From Candidatus Eiseniibacteriota bacterium (lineage in GTDB: Bacteria; Arandabacterota; Arandabacteria; Arandabacterales; Arandabacteraceae), in NCBI GenBank assembly GCA_043810925.1, contig JBDRNT010000055.1:1-49920 (forward strand): a stretch of DNA of 49,920 bases. The letters are read 5' to 3'. Made by a program: the position numbers and the translations under genes. Under the pieces are notes generated by a model, which was given only the letters and a program-made list of their open reading frames with translations, had not been told where the DNA came from and did not search any database. Below are positions 19,072 to 27,345 of this stretch, in pieces; within the stretch, counting starts at the first letter, position 1, and the number at the start of each line of letters is the position of its first letter.

Positions 19072-19818
19072 TTGAATATGAAGTTACATCGCTGGCAGGT
19101 CTTCCTGGGTATTTCGCTGGTCGTGTTGTCCGCGGCACTGTACTGCTTTCACTATGTCGTCTTCCACGATGCGCATCACATATTCTTATACATGGTGGGT
19201 GACGTAGCATTTGTTCCGATCGAAGTGCTGCTGGTTTCTCTGATAATCCACAGCCTGCTCAGCCGGCGGGAGAAGCGTATAGTGCTTGAGAAACTCAATA
19301 TGGTCATAGGGGCCTTCTTCAGTGAAGCCGGGACCATGCTTCTGGCGACGTTCTCGGATTCCGATCCCGGACTCGGTAGCATCAGAAAAGAGATGATCGT
19401 CTCGAATGACTGGTCGGACAAAGAATTCGAGATCGTTAGCCAGCATCTCAGATCGTACAACTATGGCATTGATATCGCCAAGGTTGACTTCGAGAACCTG
19501 CGGACCTTCCTGCTTACAAAGAGGGACTTCATGGTTCGGCTTCTTGAGAATCCCGCCCTGCTTGAGCATGAGACCTTCACGGATCTCCTTCGGGCGGTCT
19601 TTCATCTCACGGAGGAAATCCAGTCTCGCGGGGATCTTGCCGTCCTGCCGGACAGCGACTGCCAACACCTCGCGGGCGACATAAGGAGAGCCTATGTCCT
19701 GCTGGTGGGAGAGTGGCTGGACTACATGAGACACCTCAAGAACAACTACCCGTATCTTTTTTCGCTGGCAATGAGAACCAACCCGTTTGACCAGGAGGCG
19801 TCACCCGTAGTAAAGTAA
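19072..19818 (+). CDS. Conserved hypothetical membrane protein (2 N-terminal TM helices)
   Basis: Clean ORF with GAGGAG RBS; KLNMVIGAFFSE, LLENP, YPYLFSLAMRTNPF resemble a family common in anaerobes and methanogens (from memory). Confidence 0.75.
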   Translation: MNMKLHRWQVFLGISLVVLSAALYCFHYVVFHDAHHIFLYMVGDVAFVPIEVLLVSLIIHSLLSRREKRIVLEKLNMVIGAFFSEAGTMLLATFSDSDPGLGSIRKEMIVSNDWSDKEFEIVSQHLRSYNYGIDIAKVDFENLRTFLLTKRDFMVRLLENPALLEHETFTDLLRAVFHLTEEIQSRGDLAVLPDSDCQHLAGDIRRAYVLLVGEWLDYMRHLKNNYPYLFSLAMRTNPFDQEASPVVK

Positions 19819-19870
19819 GGGCGTCGAGGCCCCCGCCGGGTCTCGGACGCGATTGCAGCCGTGTTTGGGC

Positions 19871-19899
19871 TTGACTTGAAGCGGGATTCGTGGTACCAT
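19871..19899 (+). promoter_or_regulatory. sigma70-like promoter for the Omp28-like gene
   Basis: TTGACT-17 nt-TACCAT with TG extension. Confidence 0.6.
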
Positions 19900-19964
19900 T
19901 GTTTTGTTGGAGCGGGACGCAGGCGCGTTCCGCTTTATTGTTTATTCCGACTCACAGGAGCCGA

Positions 19965-21974
19965 ATGCAAAAACTCTTAGTCTGGTGTCTGGTAGTGATT
20001 GGAGCTCTGAGTGCTATTGCTGCAGGCACCTCAGATGCGGCAAGACGGACGGTATTGATCGAGCAGGCGATAAACGCCGGATGCGGTTGAGGCCGCTGTC
20101 TGAATCCAAGTTTGGATTCGATGCTTGTCGATTACAGCCCGGTTGATGTCGTCATGATCAGGTACCACGGAGACCATCCGTGGGAGTTTGATCCGTTCTA
20201 CCTTGCCAACCCGGTGGATATCGTAGAACGCTTCGACTACTACTCCATAACCACCATACCGGCGCTTCTGATTGATGGTGTCAGGAGACCCAAGACCTGC
20301 TTCGTCGGACCGATCAAGGATGTGATCGACGAGAATCTGGGGATCACGAGTCCGATAAAGCTGGTGGCAAGCGACTCAATAGCCGGTGATTCCTGCTTCG
20401 TTGACATAAGCGTGATAGCGGAGCAGGAGCCTTCGGCGGACAGCCTTGTCCTCAGGGCGGCCGTGATCGAGGACAGTATATATTATGAAGCTCCCAACAC
20501 CCAGGACACCTTCAACTTCGTGTTCAGAGATTTTGTTCCCGATCCCGGTGGCATCGTGTTCGCGATAGATGCAGGGGAGACGCTGGACTTCGAACTGGCG
20601 TTTGAGGTTGACCCGTCGTGGGACCCGGCCAACATCAGCACCATTGTCTTTATCCAGGATGAAACGGATACAAGCATCGTCCAGGCAGTGTCTTCCGCAG
20701 CGCCACCGGCGGCCTGGGCGAGGTATTCCGCGCCCAGACGCGGGGATGTAGTGGGTGAAGGAAGGGAGACCGTTTTCCCAGGGACGCTGATAAGTCGTGG
20801 GACGGCTGTAGACACGTTCGACGTGGACTTCACGCAGCAGCTACCCCCGGACTGGGTTGCTGACTACGAAATCGCAGGTGGCATCCCGCTGGGCGGTTCG
20901 GTCGTGCTTGAACGCGACAGCTCGTGCGCAATCGACGTTACGATCGGCTGCGGCTACGATCCCGGGACCGGTGTCGCCACTTTGAACCTGACATCGCGCC
21001 GCGACCCTGCTTTCACCAGAAGCGTCAGATTTCTTGCCGTCTCAGGTGTGTGTGCTCTCATCGTCGATGACGACGTGGGCTATGATCTGGAGCATTACTA
21101 CGAAGACGCACTTGACTCATTGGGTATCTCGTGGGGAACGTGGGACCGGACCATCGATGTGCCTGAGGTTGATGACCTTGACGCGACGGAGTTCGTGATC
21201 TGGTTCACAGGTCATGCCGCACCGAGTCTCGATGTACACGATCAATCGCTGCTGGCTTCCTACCTAGCAGGCGACGGCCGCCTCTTCTTGACCGGGCAGG
21301 ACATAGGATGGGGCCTTGATGACATCAATAGCCACGAATGGACCGAGGAGTCCGAGACGTTCTACAGGACGTACCTTCATGCACGGCACATCATGTCGAA
21401 TTCCAGCCTCTGGACCCTGTCCGGGAGGGCGGGTGATCCCATAACTGATGGCCTGTCGATTACGATCGAGGGTGGAGATGGGGCCGATAACCAGAACTAC
21501 CCCGATGTGATAGACTCGATCGCACCCGCGCAGGTGATCTTCGACTACAGTGATCCGGCCAAACATGGCGGGATCCGCTTCGATTCCGACTCCTCGAAAG
21601 TCGTCTATCTCTCGTTTGGATTCGAAGCGATCTCGACACCGGAAGACCGTGTACTCCTGCTTTCGAGGATTGTAAACTGGTTCGGCGGTCTGGGTGGGAT
21701 CGATATCGCGTATCCTGCGCTGGTCGTGACATGCTACCCCAACCCGGCGACATCGTATGCCGCGATCTCGCTGTCCAGGCCGGGTGCGAAGGAAGCGGTC
21801 GAGATCTATGATGTTCTGGGGCGGGTCGTAAGGAAAGGTACAATCGGAGATGCCGGGTCGTTTAACTGGAATCTCAGGGATTCCTACGGTGGTGAAGTGG
21901 CCCCCGGGGTCTACTTCGTCTCGGTAGCGACAAATCCCGGCATAGTGAGCAGAAAGATCATCATCTCGCGGTAG
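19965..21974 (+). CDS. Secreted Omp28-related thioredoxin-fold protein with C-terminal sorting domain; putative selenoprotein (TGA 20088-20090 = codon 42)
   Basis: AGGAG RBS, ATG 19965, signal peptide, RTVLIEQAINAGCG-TGA-GRCLNPSLDSML in frame with the 20112..21974 ORF. Omp28-like IRYH...DPFY...YYSITTIPALLIDG, VFRDF, VFIQD; C-terminus YPNP...IYDVLGR...PGVYFV. Confidence 0.75.
20088..20120 (+). promoter_or_regulatory. UGA codon plus putative bacterial SECIS hairpin
   Basis: Stem GAATCCA (20102-20108), loop AGTT, TGGATTC (20113-20119); starts 11 nt after the UGA. Confidence 0.7.
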
Positions 21975-22024
21975 CGCCTGAAAGCGCTTTCTCCATGGCT
22001 GTGAGTACACTATAGTTGTATGTT

Positions 22025-23377
22025 ATGAATATGAGACGAGTCTCCCTCGCGATCCTTGTTACCGCCATTGCCATGTGCGCGTGTACCCGGGCGCATGATT
22101 CGCCGAAAGCAGAGCGCGGGCACAATGTCATACTGATCTTGATCGATACCACGAGAGCTGATCATGTCGGCTGCTACGGGTACGAACGGAACACGACCCC
22201 CAATCTTGACAAGTTCGCCTCTGACGCCATCTTGTTCACGAATGCCATTTCTCCTGCGCCGTGGACCACACCAACGGTGGCGAGCATGTTCACGGCCCAG
22301 TATCCACACGTTCTGGGGTATCAAGACCAGGCGGTTGTACTCGACGAGAAGTTTCCGTGTCTGGCCGAAATACTCAGAAACAGTGGGTATGCGACCGGGG
22401 GAATAATCTCGCATGCCTATATCTCGGACACCTTCGGCATAGGTCAGGGGTTTGACTCGTATGACGAGGAAAACGCTCAGGGGCACGGCCATGTGTCGTC
22501 CCCGTCGGTCACCGAAAAGGCCATTGCCTTTGTCGAAGAGAACATGGATCGCAAGTTCTTCTTATTTGTGCATTACTTCGATCCGCATTGCGACTACATT
22601 CTGCATGAAGAGTACGACTACTATCCTGACTATGAAGGGCCGCTCGTAAGCGGCCAGACGATCAGTGACCTGAGAGAGCTGGCCCCGGGAATGACCGAAG
22701 AGGACGTAAGATTCCTGAACGCTCTCTACGATTCGGAAATCAGGTTTACCGATGAGCATGTCGGGAGGTTCCTGGACGTGCTCAAGGAGCTGGGGCTCTA
22801 CGACACCTCCATCATCGTCATCGGCGCAGATCATGGTGAAGAGTTCCTGGAGCGGGGGGACCACTGGATCGGCCACACCAGGACCGTCTATCAGGAGCTG
22901 ATTCACGTGCCCCTGATGATCAGGCTTCCGGGAGAAGCCGGGGCGAGGGTCATAGATCAGTATGTAGGGCTCGTGGATTTCACGCCCACAATTCTCATGC
23001 TGAACGGCCTCGAGATGCCGGACGGGTACACGCACGATGGGGTAGCTCTTGAAATTGCCGGCGGCAAAACGCCTCAGGCCCGGGCGGTATTCAGTGAGAC
23101 CATGAGGTGGGGTACTTACCAGGCGATGATCCGTGACGGGTTGAAACTGATCTACGACCCGACGAACGACTCTACTCAGTTGATCGACCTGGCTGAAGAT
23201 CCTGGAGAGACGCGTGACCTGGGTGCGGAAGACCTGAAGACTCTGAGGATGATGCAGACGGATCTGCACGAGTGGGACTACCAAATGCGCCTGAGACGCG
23301 CCGAGCTTAAGACGCGAAGCCCCAAGCTCAGTCAAGACCAGGTCGATCAGCTGAAATCCCTGGGCTATATACGTTGA
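22025..23377 (+). CDS. Sulfatase-like hydrolase/transferase, probable lipoprotein
   Basis: LIDTTRADHVGCYGY, PWTTPT, HYFDPHCDY, LYDSEI, ADHGEEF, GHTRTVYQELIHVPL, C-terminal LKSLGY. Confidence 0.88.
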   Translation: MNMRRVSLAILVTAIAMCACTRAHDSPKAERGHNVILILIDTTRADHVGCYGYERNTTPNLDKFASDAILFTNAISPAPWTTPTVASMFTAQYPHVLGYQDQAVVLDEKFPCLAEILRNSGYATGGIISHAYISDTFGIGQGFDSYDEENAQGHGHVSSPSVTEKAIAFVEENMDRKFFLFVHYFDPHCDYILHEEYDYYPDYEGPLVSGQTISDLRELAPGMTEEDVRFLNALYDSEIRFTDEHVGRFLDVLKELGLYDTSIIVIGADHGEEFLERGDHWIGHTRTVYQELIHVPLMIRLPGEAGARVIDQYVGLVDFTPTILMLNGLEMPDGYTHDGVALEIAGGKTPQARAVFSETMRWGTYQAMIRDGLKLIYDPTNDSTQLIDLAEDPGETRDLGAEDLKTLRMMQTDLHEWDYQMRLRRAELKTRSPKLSQDQVDQLKSLGYIR

Positions 23378-23470
23378 GTTCACCCCGGAGCACCCTTTAG
23401 AGCGGAACCCGGCAGCCGCGGCTGCACACTTGACTGACAAATCTCCGATGTGACCGGACCCCTCCCCACC

Positions 23471-23499
23471 TTGACATCTATTCTCCCTTCCTGTAGCCT
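23471..23499 (+). promoter_or_regulatory. sigma70-like promoter
   Basis: TTGACA-17 nt-TAGCCT upstream of the radical SAM gene. Confidence 0.45.
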
Positions 23500-23536
23500 C
23501 CTCCTGAGGCAGAACACACCACGTGCATCGGAGACC

Positions 23537-24823
23537 GTGTTGAAGATTCTCCTGGCTGCCCCGGGGACGGGGAAGAAAGAGAAACGTAGCATCTCAGGAC
23601 GGGCCTTTCAGGTCCCGCCGCTGGCTCTGGGGATCCTGGCATCACTCACACCCGATGATTTCGAGATTGAGATGGTTGATGAAAGCATGCGCGACCTGGA
23701 TTTCTCGAGCGCGCCGGACCTCGTTGCCATAACCAGTCTGACTGCGAATGCCCCAAGGGCGTACGAGATCTCACATCACTACAGAGAACGCGGAGTGAAG
23801 ACCGTTCTGGGCGGGATACACCCATCCGCCTTACCATTTGAAGCGATCAAGCACGCGGACTGTGTTGCTATCGGCGAGGCGGAGGGGATATGGCCGAGGC
23901 TGCTCGGTGACTTCAGGGCCGGACGGCTCAAGAAGTTCTACAGGGGCAAGAAGCCTGATCCTTCGCAGATATCAATTCCCCGAAGGGACATTTTCGAGCG
24001 CAAGGGCTATTTCCTCAAGGCAACGGTCCAGACATCCCGGGGCTGTCCCCTGGGCTGTGATTTCTGCAGCGTCCAGCGCTTCTTCGGCGACAAGTTCAGG
24101 TTCCGGTCGGTCGGCTCGGTGGTAGACGAGGTACGTGCTCTGGCCTCCAAGTTCGTGGTCTTTGTCGATGATAACCTGGCGGGCAGCCGCTCGTATGCAA
24201 GAGATCTTTTCGCAGGGATTGCTCCCTTGAAGATCAGGTGGATCTGCCAGGCACCCATCACGATAGGGAAGGACCTCGGGTTCCTGAAGCTGATGCACCG
24301 GGCCGGGTGCAGGGGGGTCTTTGTCGGCTTTGAGTCGATCATGCCCGATAGTCTTAAGGAAGTGGGGAAGAGCTTCAATGTGGTTGCCCGTTTTAACGAT
24401 CACATCAAGAGGATACATGACAGCGGTATCAGCATTGAGGGCGCTTTTGTTTTTGGTTTCGACCATGACGACAAGAATGTCTTCAGGCGTACACTGGACT
24501 TCATCAACAAGACCAGGATAGACTTCGCCCAGTTCGGGATCCTGACTCCTTTTCCGGGGACCAAGCTCCAGGAGCGGCTTAAGCGTGAGAACCGCATAAT
24601 CAGCGAGGACTGGACGAAGTACGATATCGCCCACACGGTCTTCAAACCCGCCAGGATGACTGTTGAGGAGCTCGACCGGGGCCGCAGATGGATCGAGGAT
24701 GAGTTCTATTCGTTTAAGGGTACGATGCGAAGAATGTTCAGTCTGGGCAAACGCACCCAGTATCTGATTCCCATGCTCATCCTCAACGCCAGCTACCGCC
24801 AGTACATAAAGGCCTTCCGCTAA
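23537..24823 (+). CDS. B12-binding domain radical SAM protein
   Basis: PPLALGILA, VLGGIHPS, GEAE, RGCPLGCDFC, FVDDN, GFES, TPFPGT. Confidence 0.9.
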   Translation: MLKILLAAPGTGKKEKRSISGRAFQVPPLALGILASLTPDDFEIEMVDESMRDLDFSSAPDLVAITSLTANAPRAYEISHHYRERGVKTVLGGIHPSALPFEAIKHADCVAIGEAEGIWPRLLGDFRAGRLKKFYRGKKPDPSQISIPRRDIFERKGYFLKATVQTSRGCPLGCDFCSVQRFFGDKFRFRSVGSVVDEVRALASKFVVFVDDNLAGSRSYARDLFAGIAPLKIRWICQAPITIGKDLGFLKLMHRAGCRGVFVGFESIMPDSLKEVGKSFNVVARFNDHIKRIHDSGISIEGAFVFGFDHDDKNVFRRTLDFINKTRIDFAQFGILTPFPGTKLQERLKRENRIISEDWTKYDIAHTVFKPARMTVEELDRGRRWIEDEFYSFKGTMRRMFSLGKRTQYLIPMLILNASYRQYIKAFR

Positions 24824-25005
24824 TAATTCGGTACCAGCTTACAAATTAGGGTGAATTTCGGTGACACCAAAGCTGGTTACTGAAGAATTCTTCCTAACGG
24901 AAGTACTGGTACCGTGACTAGCTGGGTTGCATCTATAGGAAGGCTGCTTCCGGAAATTAAGTTTGGTGTCACCGAAATTCTAGTAAGCAGGCAGGCACCG
25001 AATTA
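24824..25005. repeat. Nested inverted-repeat element (REPIN/MITE-like)
   Basis: Perfect 19 bp IR GAATTTCGGTGACACCAAA (24853-24871) / TTTGGTGTCACCGAAATTC (24962-24980); outer IRs TAATTCGGT (24824) / ACCGAATTA (24997) and GCTTAC (24837) / GTAAGC (24983). Confidence 0.8.
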
Positions 25006-25009
25006 CTGA

Positions 25010-25038
25010 TTGACATTGCCGCTTTTTGCCCGTATCCT
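25010..25038 (+). promoter_or_regulatory. sigma70-like promoter of the Hdr/Nuo operon
   Basis: TTGACA-17 nt-TATCCT. Confidence 0.6.
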
Positions 25039-25102
25039 GTGCTCTATGGACTCGGGTGGGCCTCGGGTCGGGATCTTATTGAATCCGCGCAGGGAGAGCA
25101 AT

Positions 25103-25636
25103 ATGGTTGGTGACAAGTGCGACCACACTTGGAGGATGACAAATCTCAGAGACGGCTTCATAGTAACCGAAAGATGCTATCACTGTAACAAGGATCGCGT
25201 GTACTTCTCATATGAAGATGTTCCTCCCAAAGACGAATACAAAGAGGACAATCACTACTGGAATTACGCCGGGAGCGCCCAGTCGGTCAAGTTCGATATG
25301 GTGTGCACTCAATGCGAGAAGACAGTGCCTTTTGAGGACCTGATGGGTCTGATGCATTGCGTGAGCTGCGACCAAGGGTGTCACCTCAACATACTGTCCC
25401 GGATCTGCGAGGGGCAGAATATCTGGCTCTATGCGGCCCTTTCTTATCAAATGGGAAAAGAGGTCGATCTACCGGTGGAAAAGCTGGTGGTGCTGACCGA
25501 CTACTTCACGTCACGGCTCCGCACACCCGGCAAGAAAATACTGGTTGTACCCGGTTCGCTTACACGGAAACCCGATACATGTCGTGGCGAGATGCTCAAG
25601 GACGTGGGTATGCTCAGCCTGACCCCGGAGGGTTAG
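25103..25636 (+). CDS. Cys-rich hypothetical protein (three CxxC), first gene of the redox operon
   Basis: GGGAG RBS + ATG 25103; CYHC, CTQC, CVSCDQGC. Confidence 0.75.
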   Translation: MVGDKCDHTWRMTNLRDGFIVTERCYHCNKDRVYFSYEDVPPKDEYKEDNHYWNYAGSAQSVKFDMVCTQCEKTVPFEDLMGLMHCVSCDQGCHLNILSRICEGQNIWLYAALSYQMGKEVDLPVEKLVVLTDYFTSRLRTPGKKILVVPGSLTRKPDTCRGEMLKDVGMLSLTPEG

Positions 25637-25661
25637 ATCGCCAATTGAAGGAGGCCAAACC

Positions 25662-26000
25662 GTGACAGTCAAAGACCTGGAAGCCAAACTGAATCTCAAG
25701 CCTTTGAACAAGGTCAATGAGACCGAGATCGACGGCGCCTTCATCTCCGACATGCTCAGCGACGTCATGGCGGGCGCACAGCCGGGCAGTGTGTGGATTA
25801 CGGTCCAGACCCACAAGAACATCATTGCCGCTGCAAATCTGGTTGATGTTCCTGCAATCATAGTCGTGAGAAGCAAGAAGGTTCCGGAAGACACGATCCA
25901 GATGGCCGACAAGGTCGGAGTGACCGTCTTCGGGACAGATCTCGATTCGTTCAAGATCGCCGTTCAGCTCTACGAAGCCGGCCTGAAGCCTGCCGGATAG
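25662..26000 (+). CDS. DRTGG-domain protein
   Basis: SDMLSDVMAGA, VWITVQTHKNIIAAA; GGAGG RBS + GTG. Confidence 0.85.
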   Translation: MTVKDLEAKLNLKPLNKVNETEIDGAFISDMLSDVMAGAQPGSVWITVQTHKNIIAAANLVDVPAIIVVRSKKVPEDTIQMADKVGVTVFGTDLDSFKIAVQLYEAGLKPAG

Positions 26001-26068
26001 GCGATCAGGACCGATCCATCCTGTGCGGACCGGCCCTTGAGCGCCATGCCGCACAGACAGGGAACGAT

Positions 26069-26434
26069 ATGCAGAAACTCAGTGTTGAGAAGCTGCAGTC
26101 CCACTATCGTGACCTGAAGAACCGCAAACACTCCAAGCGGGTAATCGTTCATATGGGTACGTGCGGTATAGCATCCGGCTCCGAGGGAGTACTTGAGGCT
26201 GTTCTCTCAGCTTCAGAGGAACTCGGACGGTCGGGTGTCACCATTAAGACCACAGGGTGTGCCGGGCTTTGTTCGCGCGAGCCGATGATGACGGTGGAAC
26301 TCCCCGGTGCGCCTCCTGTGAAGTACTGCGATCTCGATGGAGCCAAGGCCAGACATATCTACTCGGAACATGTGCTTGGGGGCAAACCCGTCAGCAAGTA
26401 TGTTCTCGGTGCCGGTGCCGAAAGCCTCCACTAG
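26069..26434 (+). CDS. Thioredoxin-like [2Fe-2S] ferredoxin (HydD/HndB-like)
   Basis: VHMGTCGIASG, TGCAGLCSREP, EHVLGG. Confidence 0.85.
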   Translation: MQKLSVEKLQSHYRDLKNRKHSKRVIVHMGTCGIASGSEGVLEAVLSASEELGRSGVTIKTTGCAGLCSREPMMTVELPGAPPVKYCDLDGAKARHIYSEHVLGGKPVSKYVLGAGAESLH

Positions 26435-26463
26435 GTTGTACCCGGATGTAGAAAGGACATCGC

Positions 26464-27345
26464 TTGATCGAGCTTGTTCTTCTCGTACTGGAGCAAGAAC
26501 CCGGAAGACGGAGTGAGTTAGAGAGCGCACTGACCGGCGAGGGGTATGCCGTACGACTGGTCTCCGATGGGGCCGCGCTTCTTTCCGAGATAGGTGCAAG
26601 ACCTCCCCATCTCGTTATCCTTGATCTCGATATTCCGCATGACGACGGTTTGATGCTCTTAAAGACCGTGCACGATATCATGCCTATGGTTCCGATCATC
26701 GGCGAGACCGTATTCCCGACTGTTGAGGGGGCCGTGGAAGCGATGCGGAGAGGAGCTTACAACTATATTTCCAAGTTCAGCCCCGTGTCGACTCTCTCAG
26801 GTATGATATCCCATGCACTGGGTAAGGAACGCATGGAGGTCGAAACCAAGGAGCGAGCCAGGGAGCGGAGGATCAAGAGTTTCGATGATCCCGCCAGTCT
26901 CGCCGCGATCGACGGAATTCTTGCCAAGCATCGCTTTTCCGAATCGATGCTGATTTCCTACTTACAGGATATACAGAAGGAGCTCAACTACCTGCCCCAG
27001 GAGGCGCTGAGATTCGTGGCGGGAAGAGTCAACATAGACCTGTCGCGGGTATACGGCATAGCGACCTTTTACAAGACATTCAGCCTGCTTCCGAGAGGAA
27101 GACACATGATCCACGTGTGCCTGGGGACCGCGTGCCATGTGAGGGGTGGCGCGAATCTTCTCGACAGTTTCGAGCGGGAGCTGGGGATTCACACGGGAGA
27201 GACCACCTACGATGACAAGTTCTCACTCGAGTCCGTGAGATGCGTCGGCTGCTGCGGATTGGCGCCGGTATTCATTATTGACGGGAAATTCTACGGGAAG
27301 ATGACCCAGGAGAAGATCCCGCAGGTTCTGGGTGGATATGACTGA
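26464..27345 (+). CDS. Response-regulator receiver domain fused to NuoE/HydC-like [2Fe-2S] subunit
   Basis: N-terminal receiver (LVILDL, AVEAMRRGAYNYISK); C-terminal LQDIQKELNYLP, ATFYKTF, VCLGTACHVRG, VRCVGCCGLAP. Confidence 0.88.
   Translation: MIELVLLVLEQEPGRRSELESALTGEGYAVRLVSDGAALLSEIGARPPHLVILDLDIPHDDGLMLLKTVHDIMPMVPIIGETVFPTVEGAVEAMRRGAYNYISKFSPVSTLSGMISHALGKERMEVETKERARERRIKSFDDPASLAAIDGILAKHRFSESMLISYLQDIQKELNYLPQEALRFVAGRVNIDLSRVYGIATFYKTFSLLPRGRHMIHVCLGTACHVRGGANLLDSFERELGIHTGETTYDDKFSLESVRCVGCCGLAPVFIIDGKFYGKMTQEKIPQVLGGYD

Noticed and set aside
19821-19850. GC-rich hairpin after the membrane-protein gene as an intrinsic terminator
   Set aside because: A stem is present but there is no U-tract, so it was not called.
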